IMG/VR virus record: IMGVR_UViG_3300048008_000449
Coordinates: 124,001-188,000 of that record
DNA: 64,000 nucleotides
Reading direction: 5' to 3' (one strand)
In this document: one piece after another, positions 47,745-57,452 of the stretch
Layout: each line of letters begins with the position of its first letter
How positions within the stretch are numbered: the stretch's first letter is position 1
Made by a program: the position numbers and the translations under genes
The notes under the pieces: generated by a model
What the model saw: only the letters and a program-made list of their open reading frames with translations
What the model was told of the DNA's origin: nothing
Databases searched by the model: none

Positions 47745-48527
47745 TTAGCCTTTAATTTCAGCTAAAAGCTGATCAAAACTTTCACATAGAATGTTTTCAA
47801 AATTATCACCCCAATGACCGTGAATAATCATATGAATTCTGTTTTCTGTACCAGTATTATGAACAGAATGCAATCTACCTATATCGATTGCTCTAGCATC
47901 ACCTGGTTCCCAAGGTACCATTCCTGCATCTTGCATGCAAAACTTTACTCCTGGTGGATTACTAAGTGCTACGTTAAAGGCTGCTAAGTGTCTTTCTTTA
48001 TAATCTAGATGTGGACTAATAAATCCACCCGGTTCTAGTAACATAAATCTAACTCTTTGATATTTTTTAAAAGGCCAGTGATTTTTAAGCCAATTAACTG
48101 TTACTGGGCACTTGTCTGCGATTTCTGTCCAACCAAATTCTGGTGCTTCGTCTTCTTTCCAAGCACCTTCTTCAACATAGTAATCATTGGGTTGTGTTTT
48201 ATCCCATCCTTGACCATGTACAACTATACTGCTCCAACCGGGATTTATATCGCCTCGGTGTTTTACATACTCACCTAAAAATTGCTCTGCTTCTTTTGCC
48301 ATTTGGTAGTATGGTACATCTAATTGCATTTTTAATGTAGGACAATTAGCTTGTTTCATTATCCATCTAGAGTATGGTATTTTTTGTTTTTTATCTGTTT
48401 TCCAATTTAAGAATTCTTCAGGAGGTAATGCCATATTTTCATAGTGAGAAATATCGCCATTCTCTTCAAAAAACTTTGTTACTTTTGCTAATTGTCTAAT
48501 TCTTATTTCTTCTTTGTCTTGTTCCAT
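47745..48527 (-). CDS. aspartyl/asparaginyl beta-hydroxylase-family 2OG-Fe(II) oxygenase
   Basis: RVRFMLLEPGGFISPHLD...HSVHNTGTENRIHMIIHG. Confidence 0.85.
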   Translation of the reverse strand: MEQDKEEIRIRQLAKVTKFFEENGDISHYENMALPPEEFLNWKTDKKQKIPYSRWIMKQANCPTLKMQLDVPYYQMAKEAEQFLGEYVKHRGDINPGWSSIVVHGQGWDKTQPNDYYVEEGAWKEDEAPEFGWTEIADKCPVTVNWLKNHWPFKKYQRVRFMLLEPGGFISPHLDYKERHLAAFNVALSNPPGVKFCMQDAGMVPWEPGDARAIDIGRLHSVHNTGTENRIHMIIHGHWGDNFENILCESFDQLLAEIKG

Positions 48528-49954
48528 TTAAATAACTTTCCTATATTCCACGGTGCAATTTTATCCCACTCTGGCATTCTATCAATGTGATGTTGTATCC
48601 AATTATATCCACCAGCTTCTGTAGCTGGACAAGTTGAGTACACTAACATATCGTTATCACTGTTATAATTATATTTATATATAGCATGTAATAATTCTCT
48701 ATGGATTTTATATCTTTCTTCTAATGTATACCATTTAGCTGTAACTTCATAATGAAATATATTACTTAGGTGTACATAGGTTGATCCTTGTCTCTGTGGT
48801 CGACATTTTATTGCAAATTTATCATGCTTATGTGTATTAAGCAAATTCTGATGATAATAATTTATGTTTAGTTTTGGAAATACTGTGCGATACCATTCTA
48901 GAAATCCTTCTTTATATATTTCATCTAGATGTTCTTCTGTATATTTTATTTGCTTAATACCTTTGAAGTATTCAAATTTACTATCATACTTTCCTACTCT
49001 ACTATCCATAAAGTTATTTGCAAACTGCGTAAAGTTAGTTCCATCCCATTCTTCAATTATCTGTTGCATACACCCTAGTGCATGTCTACTTACATCATAT
49101 ATCCATAATGTATCACCTTCTACTAATCCTTTGTCAAATGCAAAGAATATAGGAGATATTCCAGATGCTGGAGCAACTACTTTAGTAAATTTCTTAACTG
49201 GTGTGTCTTTTGGTGGTACAACATTTCTTCCATTTTCTGTATTAGCTATAAAGAAAATGTTTGGATTTGAAATTGTTAATGTTTCATGTATATTTCTAAA
49301 ACCGTCTTGCTTAACTTCACCATATGTATAACCTTTTGATGACCTTACATCTTCATTCCATGATATTATTTTGTGATTATCTCTTAGAAGGTGTTCTATT
49401 ATATTCCACCCGCCTTGTTTTCCTGTATATGTTCTTAAATTATTACCAGGTCCTATCCAATATGGTGTATATCCATCATGATGATTGTTTTCACTACGTA
49501 TTGGTTCTGGAAGTTGATATGGTTCAACATTATCTTCATGATTACCCCACTCTGGCTTACCTGCTGACTGCCACCATTCTAAGTCAATTAAAAAACATTG
49601 TGGATGTATTGAATAATAATCATCTCCTTTATCTAATACATGTCCAATAAGTTTAGCATCTATATTTTCTTCGTAAAATTTAGGAAATCTTTCTTCAAAG
49701 TCGTGTAATATAACACCCTGTTTAAATACAACCATCTTTTTAAAACCATTGCTAAGTGCTTTTTCAAATAAATCTACAATTTTTTCTTCTGCATATTGTT
49801 TATTACAAAAGAATGATAATTCTATAGACCAAAAGTCAAGTGTTGCTTTTGAAAAATGCGTTAAATAGTCAGACTTTATATTATTATTGTAAAGCCAACC
49901 TATACATAATTCATTGCTTTCAGTTTTTTGTCTCCACCAATCTTTTTTAAACAT
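48503..49954 (-). CDS. two-domain hypothetical protein with putative SAM-binding Rossmann C-domain; paralog of 49947..51413
   Basis: VVAPASG, IYDVS, HLSNIFHY; N-domain GHVLDKGDDYYSIHPQ. Confidence 0.65.
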   Translation of the reverse strand: MFKKDWWRQKTESNELCIGWLYNNNIKSDYLTHFSKATLDFWSIELSFFCNKQYAEEKIVDLFEKALSNGFKKMVVFKQGVILHDFEERFPKFYEENIDAKLIGHVLDKGDDYYSIHPQCFLIDLEWWQSAGKPEWGNHEDNVEPYQLPEPIRSENNHHDGYTPYWIGPGNNLRTYTGKQGGWNIIEHLLRDNHKIISWNEDVRSSKGYTYGEVKQDGFRNIHETLTISNPNIFFIANTENGRNVVPPKDTPVKKFTKVVAPASGISPIFFAFDKGLVEGDTLWIYDVSRHALGCMQQIIEEWDGTNFTQFANNFMDSRVGKYDSKFEYFKGIKQIKYTEEHLDEIYKEGFLEWYRTVFPKLNINYYHQNLLNTHKHDKFAIKCRPQRQGSTYVHLSNIFHYEVTAKWYTLEERYKIHRELLHAIYKYNYNSDNDMLVYSTCPATEAGGYNWIQHHIDRMPEWDKIAPWNIGKLFKWNKTKKK

Positions 49955-51413
49955 TTTTATTCCACTTTAATAACTTCTGTAAGTAATTATCAGGAATTTC
50001 TGTAAATTTATCCATTTCTTGTTTATCAATCCATACTAGATTTGGATGTGTAAGAGTTCCACGTGATGATAACACTAAAACGTTATTCTGATATGAGCTA
50101 TCTTTAATCTTGCCCATTAATTCATTATGTAATTCCCATCGTTGCTGTAAACTATAATAAAACGAAGTAGGTAAGTAATGAAATATGTTACTTAGATAAC
50201 AAAATGTTATTGGATGACGTAATCTATCTGTTTTAAAAGAATTAACAAATCCTTGATATGTATTTGGATCAAAAATGTTAATTGGCAAATAAACTACTTC
50301 AATCTCTGGTAATACTTCAGTTATCCATTTTTGAAATCCACGTTCATTTAATTTATCAAATACTTCTTGTGTATGTGGTAACTTATTTTTTCCTCTAAAT
50401 ATATCTCTTTGGTATTTTTCATCTGGTGCTAATTTATTCATTAAGTCAGTAGCAAATTTTTCGTAATTAGTACCGTCCCATTGTTCAATAATTGTTTTTG
50501 TAATATTAATAGCAAATTTACTAATATCGTAAACAAGTATCTTACTGTATTTGTCACATCCTAGTTCAAATGCATATATTAATGGTGTTAATCCTGCGGC
50601 CGGTACAACTAGTGTATCCCATTTTTCGTCCCATTCTGGATATTGTAATTTTCTTCTTTCAACTTCAAGATGAATATCTCTCAATGGCTCAGTATTAGCA
50701 ATAAAGAATATGTCTAAATCAATCTGTTCCATAACACCTGATAAATGTCTTGGTCCATCTTCTTTTACTTCTGGATAAGAATAATGTTTCTCATCTCTAA
50801 TATTTTTATTCCACGATAGAATTCGTTGTTGGTCATCTAATAAAGACTTTACTAAATTCCAACCTGTATGTTTTGCATTATATGTTTTAGTATTTTTACC
50901 TGGTCCAATCCAATGAGGGGTATAATCATCATGCCAATTTGATATACTTCTAGCAGGTTCAATTGTTTCTAATGATTTAGCTTCTGGTGAACCCCAAGCT
51001 GGCTTGCCTGCTTTTACCCACCATTCAACATCAAGCATAAATGCTTGTGGATGTAAAGAATAATATTCATCGCCTTTATCAACTATATGTCCAATAAATG
51101 TTGCATCTTTATTTTCTTCATAAAATTTTACAAACTGTTCTTTAAAATTAGATAAAGGAGTTGTTCCTTGTTTGAACACTAATATCTTTTTATATTTCTT
51201 CTCAACTGCATCTTCTAACAAACCTTCTATAGTATCATTGGCCATTTGTTCGTGGAAATAGAATCCCAATTCCATTGACCAATAATCTGTTAAGTTTTTA
51301 GTGTATCCTCGAGCGAAGTCATCTTTAATGCTATTGTTATATAGCCAGCCAAACCCTAATTCTTTTGATTTACTTTTATGTTGCCACCATTGATGCCCAA
51401 ACATGTTTAACAT
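49947..51413 (-). CDS. two-domain hypothetical protein, paralog of 48503..49954
   Basis: LVVPAAG, VYDIS, YLSNIFHY; GHIVDKGDEYYSLHPQ; YTP.WIGPG; FFIANTE. Confidence 0.65.
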   Translation of the reverse strand: MLNMFGHQWWQHKSKSKELGFGWLYNNSIKDDFARGYTKNLTDYWSMELGFYFHEQMANDTIEGLLEDAVEKKYKKILVFKQGTTPLSNFKEQFVKFYEENKDATFIGHIVDKGDEYYSLHPQAFMLDVEWWVKAGKPAWGSPEAKSLETIEPARSISNWHDDYTPHWIGPGKNTKTYNAKHTGWNLVKSLLDDQQRILSWNKNIRDEKHYSYPEVKEDGPRHLSGVMEQIDLDIFFIANTEPLRDIHLEVERRKLQYPEWDEKWDTLVVPAAGLTPLIYAFELGCDKYSKILVYDISKFAINITKTIIEQWDGTNYEKFATDLMNKLAPDEKYQRDIFRGKNKLPHTQEVFDKLNERGFQKWITEVLPEIEVVYLPINIFDPNTYQGFVNSFKTDRLRHPITFCYLSNIFHYLPTSFYYSLQQRWELHNELMGKIKDSSYQNNVLVLSSRGTLTHPNLVWIDKQEMDKFTEIPDNYLQKLLKWNKNV

Positions 51414-51441
51414 ATATATTTCCTTTATAGTATATGTTTAT

Positions 51442-52074
51442 TTATTCTATAATTTTTTGCAGAGTTTGAGACTTAAAATTTTCTAATGTAGATGTGTTAG
51501 TTAAGTTAATATCAAAATTCCAACCTGCCCAACTCCATTCGCTTTTATGTACATCAGGAAAAACAACAGACATACTGTTATGTTCAACATTATTTGCACC
51601 TGCTTGATTAATACTAGAAGCAGTAGCCCACCATAATGGTTTCTCATTTCTCCAAACAACTGCTGTTGTTCCACCTAATTTTTTAATTGCTTTAAGTTCA
51701 TTAAAAAATCTACAGTCACTAATAACAACATTTTTTGTACACATCTCAATTTGACGTTCACATGCCGCAACCCAGATATCTGGATGGAAATGTGTTCTCA
51801 AAACATCAGTGCCTACGTGTTGTAATGCAAATCTTGGAGTAAAATTAGGAATATCTAAACGCTCAGCCCACCACTCATCAACAGTTTCTCTCCATACTCT
51901 ACTTTCTGATGTATTTCCTTCTAGTAGGATTCTGTCCCAACCAAATATATTTGCACATGCATCTTTTAATACTCCTGCAAAACTAATACGTTGAAAGCCT
52001 TCTTCGATGAGAAAACCTGCGGCGGTGTCTTTTCCGTGACCAATAAGGCCACATATACCAATTACTTTTTTCAT
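51442..52074 (-). CDS. deoxynucleoside monophosphate kinase (T4 gp1-like)
   Basis: GICGLIGHGKDT, SFA..LK, TPR..LQ.VGT, VISDCRF.NE, H.SE. Confidence 0.92.
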   Translation of the reverse strand: MKKVIGICGLIGHGKDTAAGFLIEEGFQRISFAGVLKDACANIFGWDRILLEGNTSESRVWRETVDEWWAERLDIPNFTPRFALQHVGTDVLRTHFHPDIWVAACERQIEMCTKNVVISDCRFFNELKAIKKLGGTTAVVWRNEKPLWWATASSINQAGANNVEHNSMSVVFPDVHKSEWSWAGWNFDINLTNTSTLENFKSQTLQKIIE

Positions 52075-52080
52075 AAATTT

Positions 52081-52109
52081 ATTATAGTGGGTTTTTAATT
52101 ATTTGTCAA
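52081..52109 (-). promoter_or_regulatory. consensus sigma70 promoter, probably leaderless dNMP kinase mRNA
   Basis: TTGACA-N17-TATAAT-N6-ATG. Confidence 0.85.
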
Positions 52110-52734
52110 TAACAAAGTTATTGTTTCTAAGTTTTTCAACTACGTCTTCAAACTTCTCACCTAATACTTTAATTCTTAGGTAAATTCTTTCTCTTTTAAT
52201 AGTAGGTACACCGTGTACAGTCATTCCATTAAATAATGTAGGGTGCTTATTGCTATAGTAGTGATTATATTCAATATCTAAATCATTCCATCCATATTTC
52301 TTTTCATAGTTAACATTTCTTTCTGGGGTAACTCCAACTCTACTATAAAAACTAATTGGTTCGCCTGCATCTTCTGGCATAATAGGAAACATTATTCCAC
52401 ACCACATGTAATGATCAGTATGAGGGTGAAAGCTATAACCTGGATCGTAATGTAATAAATCAATGTCACGTGGAGCAATAGGTTGTTTGAAGTTAAACAT
52501 ATTAACGTATTTTTCTATTACTGGATAATCAAGTAAGTTTTTGCCTTCAGTTTTTTGTACTGCAATAGCGTTCATACCTGTTCTGCCTTTGAACTCTCTC
52601 TTTTCTGGAGAAAGGTATTGCATATAATCTCCAAATTGCATTATATTATGTTTATGTTGATTTACAAAATCTAATAGTTCTAACCTATCGTATGTTACTT
52701 CGTCGATAGTACAGTGGTGATTACCAAGTTGCAT
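52099..52734 (-). CDS. 2OG-Fe(II) oxygenase-like protein
   Basis: YDPGYSFHPHTD, TVHGV, ERIYLRI. Confidence 0.7.
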   Translation of the reverse strand: MQLGNHHCTIDEVTYDRLELLDFVNQHKHNIMQFGDYMQYLSPEKREFKGRTGMNAIAVQKTEGKNLLDYPVIEKYVNMFNFKQPIAPRDIDLLHYDPGYSFHPHTDHYMWCGIMFPIMPEDAGEPISFYSRVGVTPERNVNYEKKYGWNDLDIEYNHYYSNKHPTLFNGMTVHGVPTIKRERIYLRIKVLGEKFEDVVEKLRNNNFVIDK

Positions 52735-52737
52735 TTT

Positions 52738-53475
52738 TTACCCTATTACAAAGCCAAGTCCTGTACTTCCATCGTTGTATAATGTTAGTTCAGTTTCTAA
52801 TTTATCAATTTCTGCTTGTGCGTCTGCTCTAAGTTGATCTGCGTTCATTGTAGTACCACCTTGTGGTCCTGCAATCTGTGTAAATTTACCACGTGCTTCT
52901 GATAAGATCATTTTAGCATGAGCAAATGCATAATCTTTTAACCAAGGTCCTGCATATGTATCTTCTAATAAACTTTCTGTTGGTCTATAATTGTAGCAAT
53001 GCAATACTGCATTGTCATTTGCTTTAATTTTACGCTGTAAAATTAATTTTTTATCTTGAGGTCTCCAAGTAAACATTATTTCAGCACCAAATAGTCTACC
53101 CATTGTTTCTCTATTCTGTTGTAAGAAATCAAATGATGCTAATCCACCATTTCTACTACTTCCTAATAGGTACGTATTAATGTAAGCGGCTTGGAATGGT
53201 TCTATATCGTTACCTGTTCCACTACTTACACCAGTTGTTCTACGATAAATGTCACGAACTTCCATTACTTCTTCAGGTAAAGTATATTCACTTTGATCCT
53301 TTATCATATCTAATATAATAAAGCTCTCCTCAACTGCGTTTTCTGCACGTTGTCTATACTTTGATAAAGATTTGTCTATTGCTAGCTCATAATGTTCCGG
53401 ATCTAGCTCAACATCAATCATTCCACCACCTAGGCGAAGTTCTATTTCTTTTTGAAGTTTGTTTGATGCACTCAT
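52738..53475 (-). CDS. neck protein (T4 gp13-like)
   Basis: LRLGG..IDVEL, WLKDYA.A..K..L...RGKF..I.GP.GG..MN. Confidence 0.88.
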   Translation of the reverse strand: MSASNKLQKEIELRLGGGMIDVELDPEHYELAIDKSLSKYRQRAENAVEESFIILDMIKDQSEYTLPEEVMEVRDIYRRTTGVSSGTGNDIEPFQAAYINTYLLGSSRNGGLASFDFLQQNRETMGRLFGAEIMFTWRPQDKKLILQRKIKANDNAVLHCYNYRPTESLLEDTYAGPWLKDYAFAHAKMILSEARGKFTQIAGPQGGTTMNADQLRADAQAEIDKLETELTLYNDGSTGLGFVIG

Positions 53476-53513
53476 TTACGTTATTCTCCTGCTGTATGTA
53501 TTTATCATAACAA

Positions 53514-54233
53514 CTAGAAATTTATTGTACGTTTACCAATCCTGACAGGGTTATTTAAACACTCTTCTAGATATTTTCTAGCTACATTTTGCCATATTGG
53601 GTACTGCTCGTCTTTAATATCATCAATAAACAGTAATTGTTCAAAATTTGTATCTTTATATAATGAACAATAATGTTTAATATATGTAGTGTCTACTAGT
53701 TTAAGTTCGTCTTTAAATGAACTTGTATTAATTATGCCAGGTGTGTGATCGGTATATGTTAATCCATTCCAAGCATCATTGACATTTTGAAAACGAGTAT
53801 ATGGCTGATCAGCATCTGGATAATTATAGTCTATGTATATAATTTCATTTACTGCTTGGCGTTGTGCCCATCTTGCAAACAGTCTGCTTTTACCAGGATG
53901 AACATTAACTCTACCAGGAATCCAATATGCAACTGGCTTGTAAATTATATCTTGATCTGCCATATGCAAATTCTGTACTACATATCTGCATTGCTGTCCT
54001 GTCTGCATATGGAAAAAATTTTTACTATTGTTAATATAGTATTCGTAATGTTCATCTATTTCTTTCCAATTTTTTCTTACAAACCTTACCCAAGGTGCAA
54101 GAGTAGAGTATAATATTTCTGGAATACTTAGACTATAATTTCTAATATTAGATGCGTCGAAATAACCTATGTTTCCGCCGCATTCTATATGATTGTCATA
54201 CCATTTTACAAAGTCATTATATGCATTATCCAT
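53514..54233 (-). CDS. hypothetical protein
   Basis: 239 aa; VHPGKSR weakly ParB/Srx-like. Confidence 0.65.
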   Translation of the reverse strand: MDNAYNDFVKWYDNHIECGGNIGYFDASNIRNYSLSIPEILYSTLAPWVRFVRKNWKEIDEHYEYYINNSKNFFHMQTGQQCRYVVQNLHMADQDIIYKPVAYWIPGRVNVHPGKSRLFARWAQRQAVNEIIYIDYNYPDADQPYTRFQNVNDAWNGLTYTDHTPGIINTSSFKDELKLVDTTYIKHYCSLYKDTNFEQLLFIDDIKDEQYPIWQNVARKYLEECLNNPVRIGKRTINF

Positions 54234-54237
54234 GCAA

Positions 54238-55530
54238 TTATTTATTAAATGTTGCTAGTAGTATAACTTCGCCGTTTACTCGACCGTTTAGTTTAGTTTC
54301 TGTTGTCTTTAATGTTTCGAACAACTTTTCTGTTTTAGATCTTGTAGCTTTTTTAACTTCTGGTAAGAATTCAGCAGGTTTACGAACAGTACGTTGTACA
54401 CTTTTGTCTTCATCGTAACCTATTATAGTAGTTCCTTTAACACTTAGTCCACTACCTTCACGTTTTAATCCCATAGGATCTACATTCTTAGCATAATACA
54501 TTCCTATCTTACGGTTCTTAGTGTTAAAAACCACCAGTATTCGGGCGTAAACAATATCTGCTGGTGTTATGCTACCTAAACCATAATCAGTGTCTGTTTG
54601 CTTAAATTTGAGCTTCTTAACAATATCTTCTGGACTCTTTGTACGAGTCTTACGTGGCTTACGATTTGCTTTACTTTCTGCTTCAACAATATCACATGCA
54701 TCTACTATTTTACGATATACTTCTAATAGTGCTTTTTTCTGTTGAGCATTAAGGTGATTATATCCTTCTTCTAATTGTTCACGCCAGTCATCAATTTTAT
54801 CTTTAGGAATTTTAGTATTAAGTTCTGTGTATTCTTCTAATCCGTGAATATACCCTTTACGTATAATACGTGCATGAGCTTGCTTAACACCTGCTCTACG
54901 AAACATCTCAACTGGAGCAAAGTCTTTTACAAATTTTAAATCATAACCTGAGTTAACCCAGTCGTCTAAAAATTGTTCAACTTCATCAGTCATTTGCATT
55001 GCGGCTTTATGAAGCAAATCTTGTATTGTAGGTTTATATACATTCGCTGTTCGTTTAGCTTCTGCTTCTGCTAATTTTTCAGCTTCTTCTACAAACGTTG
55101 AACCTTCTTCAATTGCATTAGTAATACGTGATTTAATATATGTAGAAATTGGCTGAGGTGTACCGCCTGTACCAGGAAGACTTTCCCAATATGCATTCCA
55201 TGCTAGGTGTATATCAGGACAACCCATTGTAAGCATACGACAGTAATATCCTGTTACTGCACTAAGTGATTGGCTTTTTGCTGCCTTTACACATTTAATA
55301 TCTTTTTTTGTATAATCATTTGCAAGCATCCAATCATATGCATACTCAACTAAATCGCTTGCTTTATAATTACGATAATAATATTCAGTTGCATGTTGTC
55401 TTTTAACATGATATTCTTTACCAGACCAACCGTCTGCACCCTCCCATGAAGGATCTTGTAATGAACCTTTACGGATTCGTTGTGAAGGTGCTCTTGCTTT
55501 TTTCTTTTTAGTAGCTTTGGGTAATGCCAT
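54238..55530 (-). CDS. hypothetical protein
   Basis: 430 aa, basic patches, GGAG RBS. Confidence 0.8.
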   Translation of the reverse strand: MALPKATKKKKARAPSQRIRKGSLQDPSWEGADGWSGKEYHVKRQHATEYYYRNYKASDLVEYAYDWMLANDYTKKDIKCVKAAKSQSLSAVTGYYCRMLTMGCPDIHLAWNAYWESLPGTGGTPQPISTYIKSRITNAIEEGSTFVEEAEKLAEAEAKRTANVYKPTIQDLLHKAAMQMTDEVEQFLDDWVNSGYDLKFVKDFAPVEMFRRAGVKQAHARIIRKGYIHGLEEYTELNTKIPKDKIDDWREQLEEGYNHLNAQQKKALLEVYRKIVDACDIVEAESKANRKPRKTRTKSPEDIVKKLKFKQTDTDYGLGSITPADIVYARILVVFNTKNRKIGMYYAKNVDPMGLKREGSGLSVKGTTIIGYDEDKSVQRTVRKPAEFLPEVKKATRSKTEKLFETLKTTETKLNGRVNGEVILLATFNK

Positions 55531-55533
55531 TGC

Positions 55534-55671
55534 TTATACTCCGTGATAATCTTCGAACATATGACGATCTAGTTCGTCTGCTTTATTTTGATACTTATCA
55601 ATTAAAGACAAAACTTCGTCGGTTTGAGGTAATTTTTTTAATTCTTCGATGAATTCTAACAACTCCATCAT
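55534..55671 (-). CDS. small acidic hypothetical protein (45 aa, absent from ORF track)
   Basis: MMELLEFIEELKKLPQTDEV...; AGGAG RBS and TTGACA...TATACT upstream. Confidence 0.65.
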   Translation of the reverse strand: MMELLEFIEELKKLPQTDEVLSLIDKYQNKADELDRHMFEDYHGV

Positions 55672-55710
55672 AGTATGATTACTCCTGTGAATGTTCTAAG
55701 TATACGGCTT

Positions 55711-56070
55711 CTAGTTTATAGTGTCAACCGGTTTGAATCCAAAATTAGCAACTACATGTTGAGAACCCGATGAATCTTCAACAATATCTCCAACACTAAC
55801 ACTATACATACGAGATAAACGTTCTATATTTTCTTCAGGACCCATGTTACCTGTGTGAAACACGCCTTCTAATCCATCAGCGGTAATGTTACTAACATGT
55901 GTATAGTAGCCTCGGTTAAAAGCATCAGCGGCAACTGTACCAATTTCATTTTTACTAAAGTTCATGTCTAGCTTTAATGATTGTTTATGAACAGCATCGT
56001 GTCCTTCAGCATTAACTAGATCTATTTCGGCATCTGTTAAATGAATTTGGTATAATTTATATGTTTGCAT
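55711..56070 (-). CDS. early hypothetical protein
   Basis: SVSVGDIVE motif; AAGGAG RBS; early promoter cassette upstream. Confidence 0.75.
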   Translation of the reverse strand: MQTYKLYQIHLTDAEIDLVNAEGHDAVHKQSLKLDMNFSKNEIGTVAADAFNRGYYTHVSNITADGLEGVFHTGNMGPEENIERLSRMYSVSVGDIVEDSSGSQHVVANFGFKPVDTIN

Positions 56071-56082
56071 TTCTGACTCCTT

Positions 56083-56130
56083 TAATTAACTATACATACA
56101 GTATACGATAAGACGTCTTGGTTGTCAACC
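56083..56130 (-). promoter_or_regulatory. early promoter cassette, copy 3
   Basis: GGTTGACA-ACCAAGACGTCTTATCG-TATACT-GTATGTATAGTTAA. Confidence 0.85.
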
Positions 56131-56183
56131 TTTAGTCGTCAGAAAAAACCCAATAAAATCAATGGGTTATAATTTTTTTAAAT

Positions 56184-57389
56184 TTATTTTGATTTATAGT
56201 GAATTAATTTGTCATAATATAGTGCTAAAGTAGCCCATATTGCGTCTGGGTACAAGTTAGTATATTTGTTTCCCATTTTATGATAATTTTCCCATACTGT
56301 TTTACTTACATCAAACTTACTGTAATATTTCCAAAAATCAGTATCTGTTCTATCACTTAACATGTAATGATGTTTTATATATGTACTATTATCATTCCAA
56401 ACATTACGCATTGCTCTATTGTAAGTTTTAGCCCCATATCCACGTTTTAAGCACCGTACAAGCGTTGTTATACTGAATTGCGTCATAAACAGTGCATTAC
56501 TTTCTAAAGGGTCTATAAAGCCGTTACTGAGCCCTACTGCAACTACATTATTGTGCCAGGGATTAGCTAAGACACTAGGATTCCATTTTAACAGTCTAGG
56601 TGTTTTTCCCATAAAGGGAGTTCTGTGTGCATTTACTTTATTAAACTCTGCAAGTGCATCTTCGTCAGTTTGATGTTTGCTACTAAACACATATCCTGTT
56701 CCAATTCTATTTGTTAAATCAATTATAAATTGCCAACCATTACTACGTGCTACGCTTTGAGTGTATCCTTGTACATCATTATCTTGCAATTCAAAAGGAC
56801 AAACCCATGCTCTATCTACTAAATGATTTTCTAATTGTACTTCAGTATTGTCTTTTACAAATTTTCTACGAAACCCTGTGCAGTCTATATATAAATCATA
56901 TCCCTCTGGTAACTCGTCTAATGTGTCTATAATGTGAGTTACATTTTTACAATTATTTTTAACTATGTCTCCGGCTTTTTCAGCATCTAAGTGATATGCA
57001 GTTGCTTGCCAGCCACCTTTGTGATATAGTTGATCATTAATGTTATGCTTATCAACAATACCACTATCGTATTGTTGTTTCCATTTATCAAAAACATTAT
57101 TATCATTAAACCAAAAGGTGAATGCAAACGGATCGCCATTTGGCTTATTCCATTGACTCTTTATGTTTCCAAATTTCTTTTGTGCATTACTTTTTTCCAT
57201 CCATTCGTCTTCTGACATTCCCATGTCTTCAAAGAATTGTGCAATCTGTGGTAATGTACTTTCGCCTACGCCTATAATAGGAATATCACTACTTTCAATA
57301 AGTGTAATATCATAATCTGGAAATTGTTTTTCTAAGTATCCTGCGGCCCACCATCCAGTAGTTCCGCCTCCAATAATACAAATTTTCAT
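56184..57389 (-). CDS. flavin-dependent (tryptophan-halogenase-family) enzyme
   Basis: IIGGGTTGW, IGVGEST, KFG, YHLDA, YIDCTGF, GWQFII, GFIDPLES. Confidence 0.88.
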   Translation of the reverse strand: MKICIIGGGTTGWWAAGYLEKQFPDYDITLIESSDIPIIGVGESTLPQIAQFFEDMGMSEDEWMEKSNAQKKFGNIKSQWNKPNGDPFAFTFWFNDNNVFDKWKQQYDSGIVDKHNINDQLYHKGGWQATAYHLDAEKAGDIVKNNCKNVTHIIDTLDELPEGYDLYIDCTGFRRKFVKDNTEVQLENHLVDRAWVCPFELQDNDVQGYTQSVARSNGWQFIIDLTNRIGTGYVFSSKHQTDEDALAEFNKVNAHRTPFMGKTPRLLKWNPSVLANPWHNNVVAVGLSNGFIDPLESNALFMTQFSITTLVRCLKRGYGAKTYNRAMRNVWNDNSTYIKHHYMLSDRTDTDFWKYYSKFDVSKTVWENYHKMGNKYTNLYPDAIWATLALYYDKLIHYKSK

Positions 57390-57415
57390 AGTTGTTCCTT
57401 ATATGTATTATTTAT

Positions 57416-57446
57416 AATAACGCAGGCGTATTTTACCTGCGTTATT
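57416..57446 (-). terminator. inverted repeat between sbmA and halogenase, abutting a late promoter TATAAATA (57409-57416)
   Basis: AATAACGCAGG-N9-CCTGCGTTATT. Confidence 0.7.
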
Positions 57447-57452
57447 AAATTT

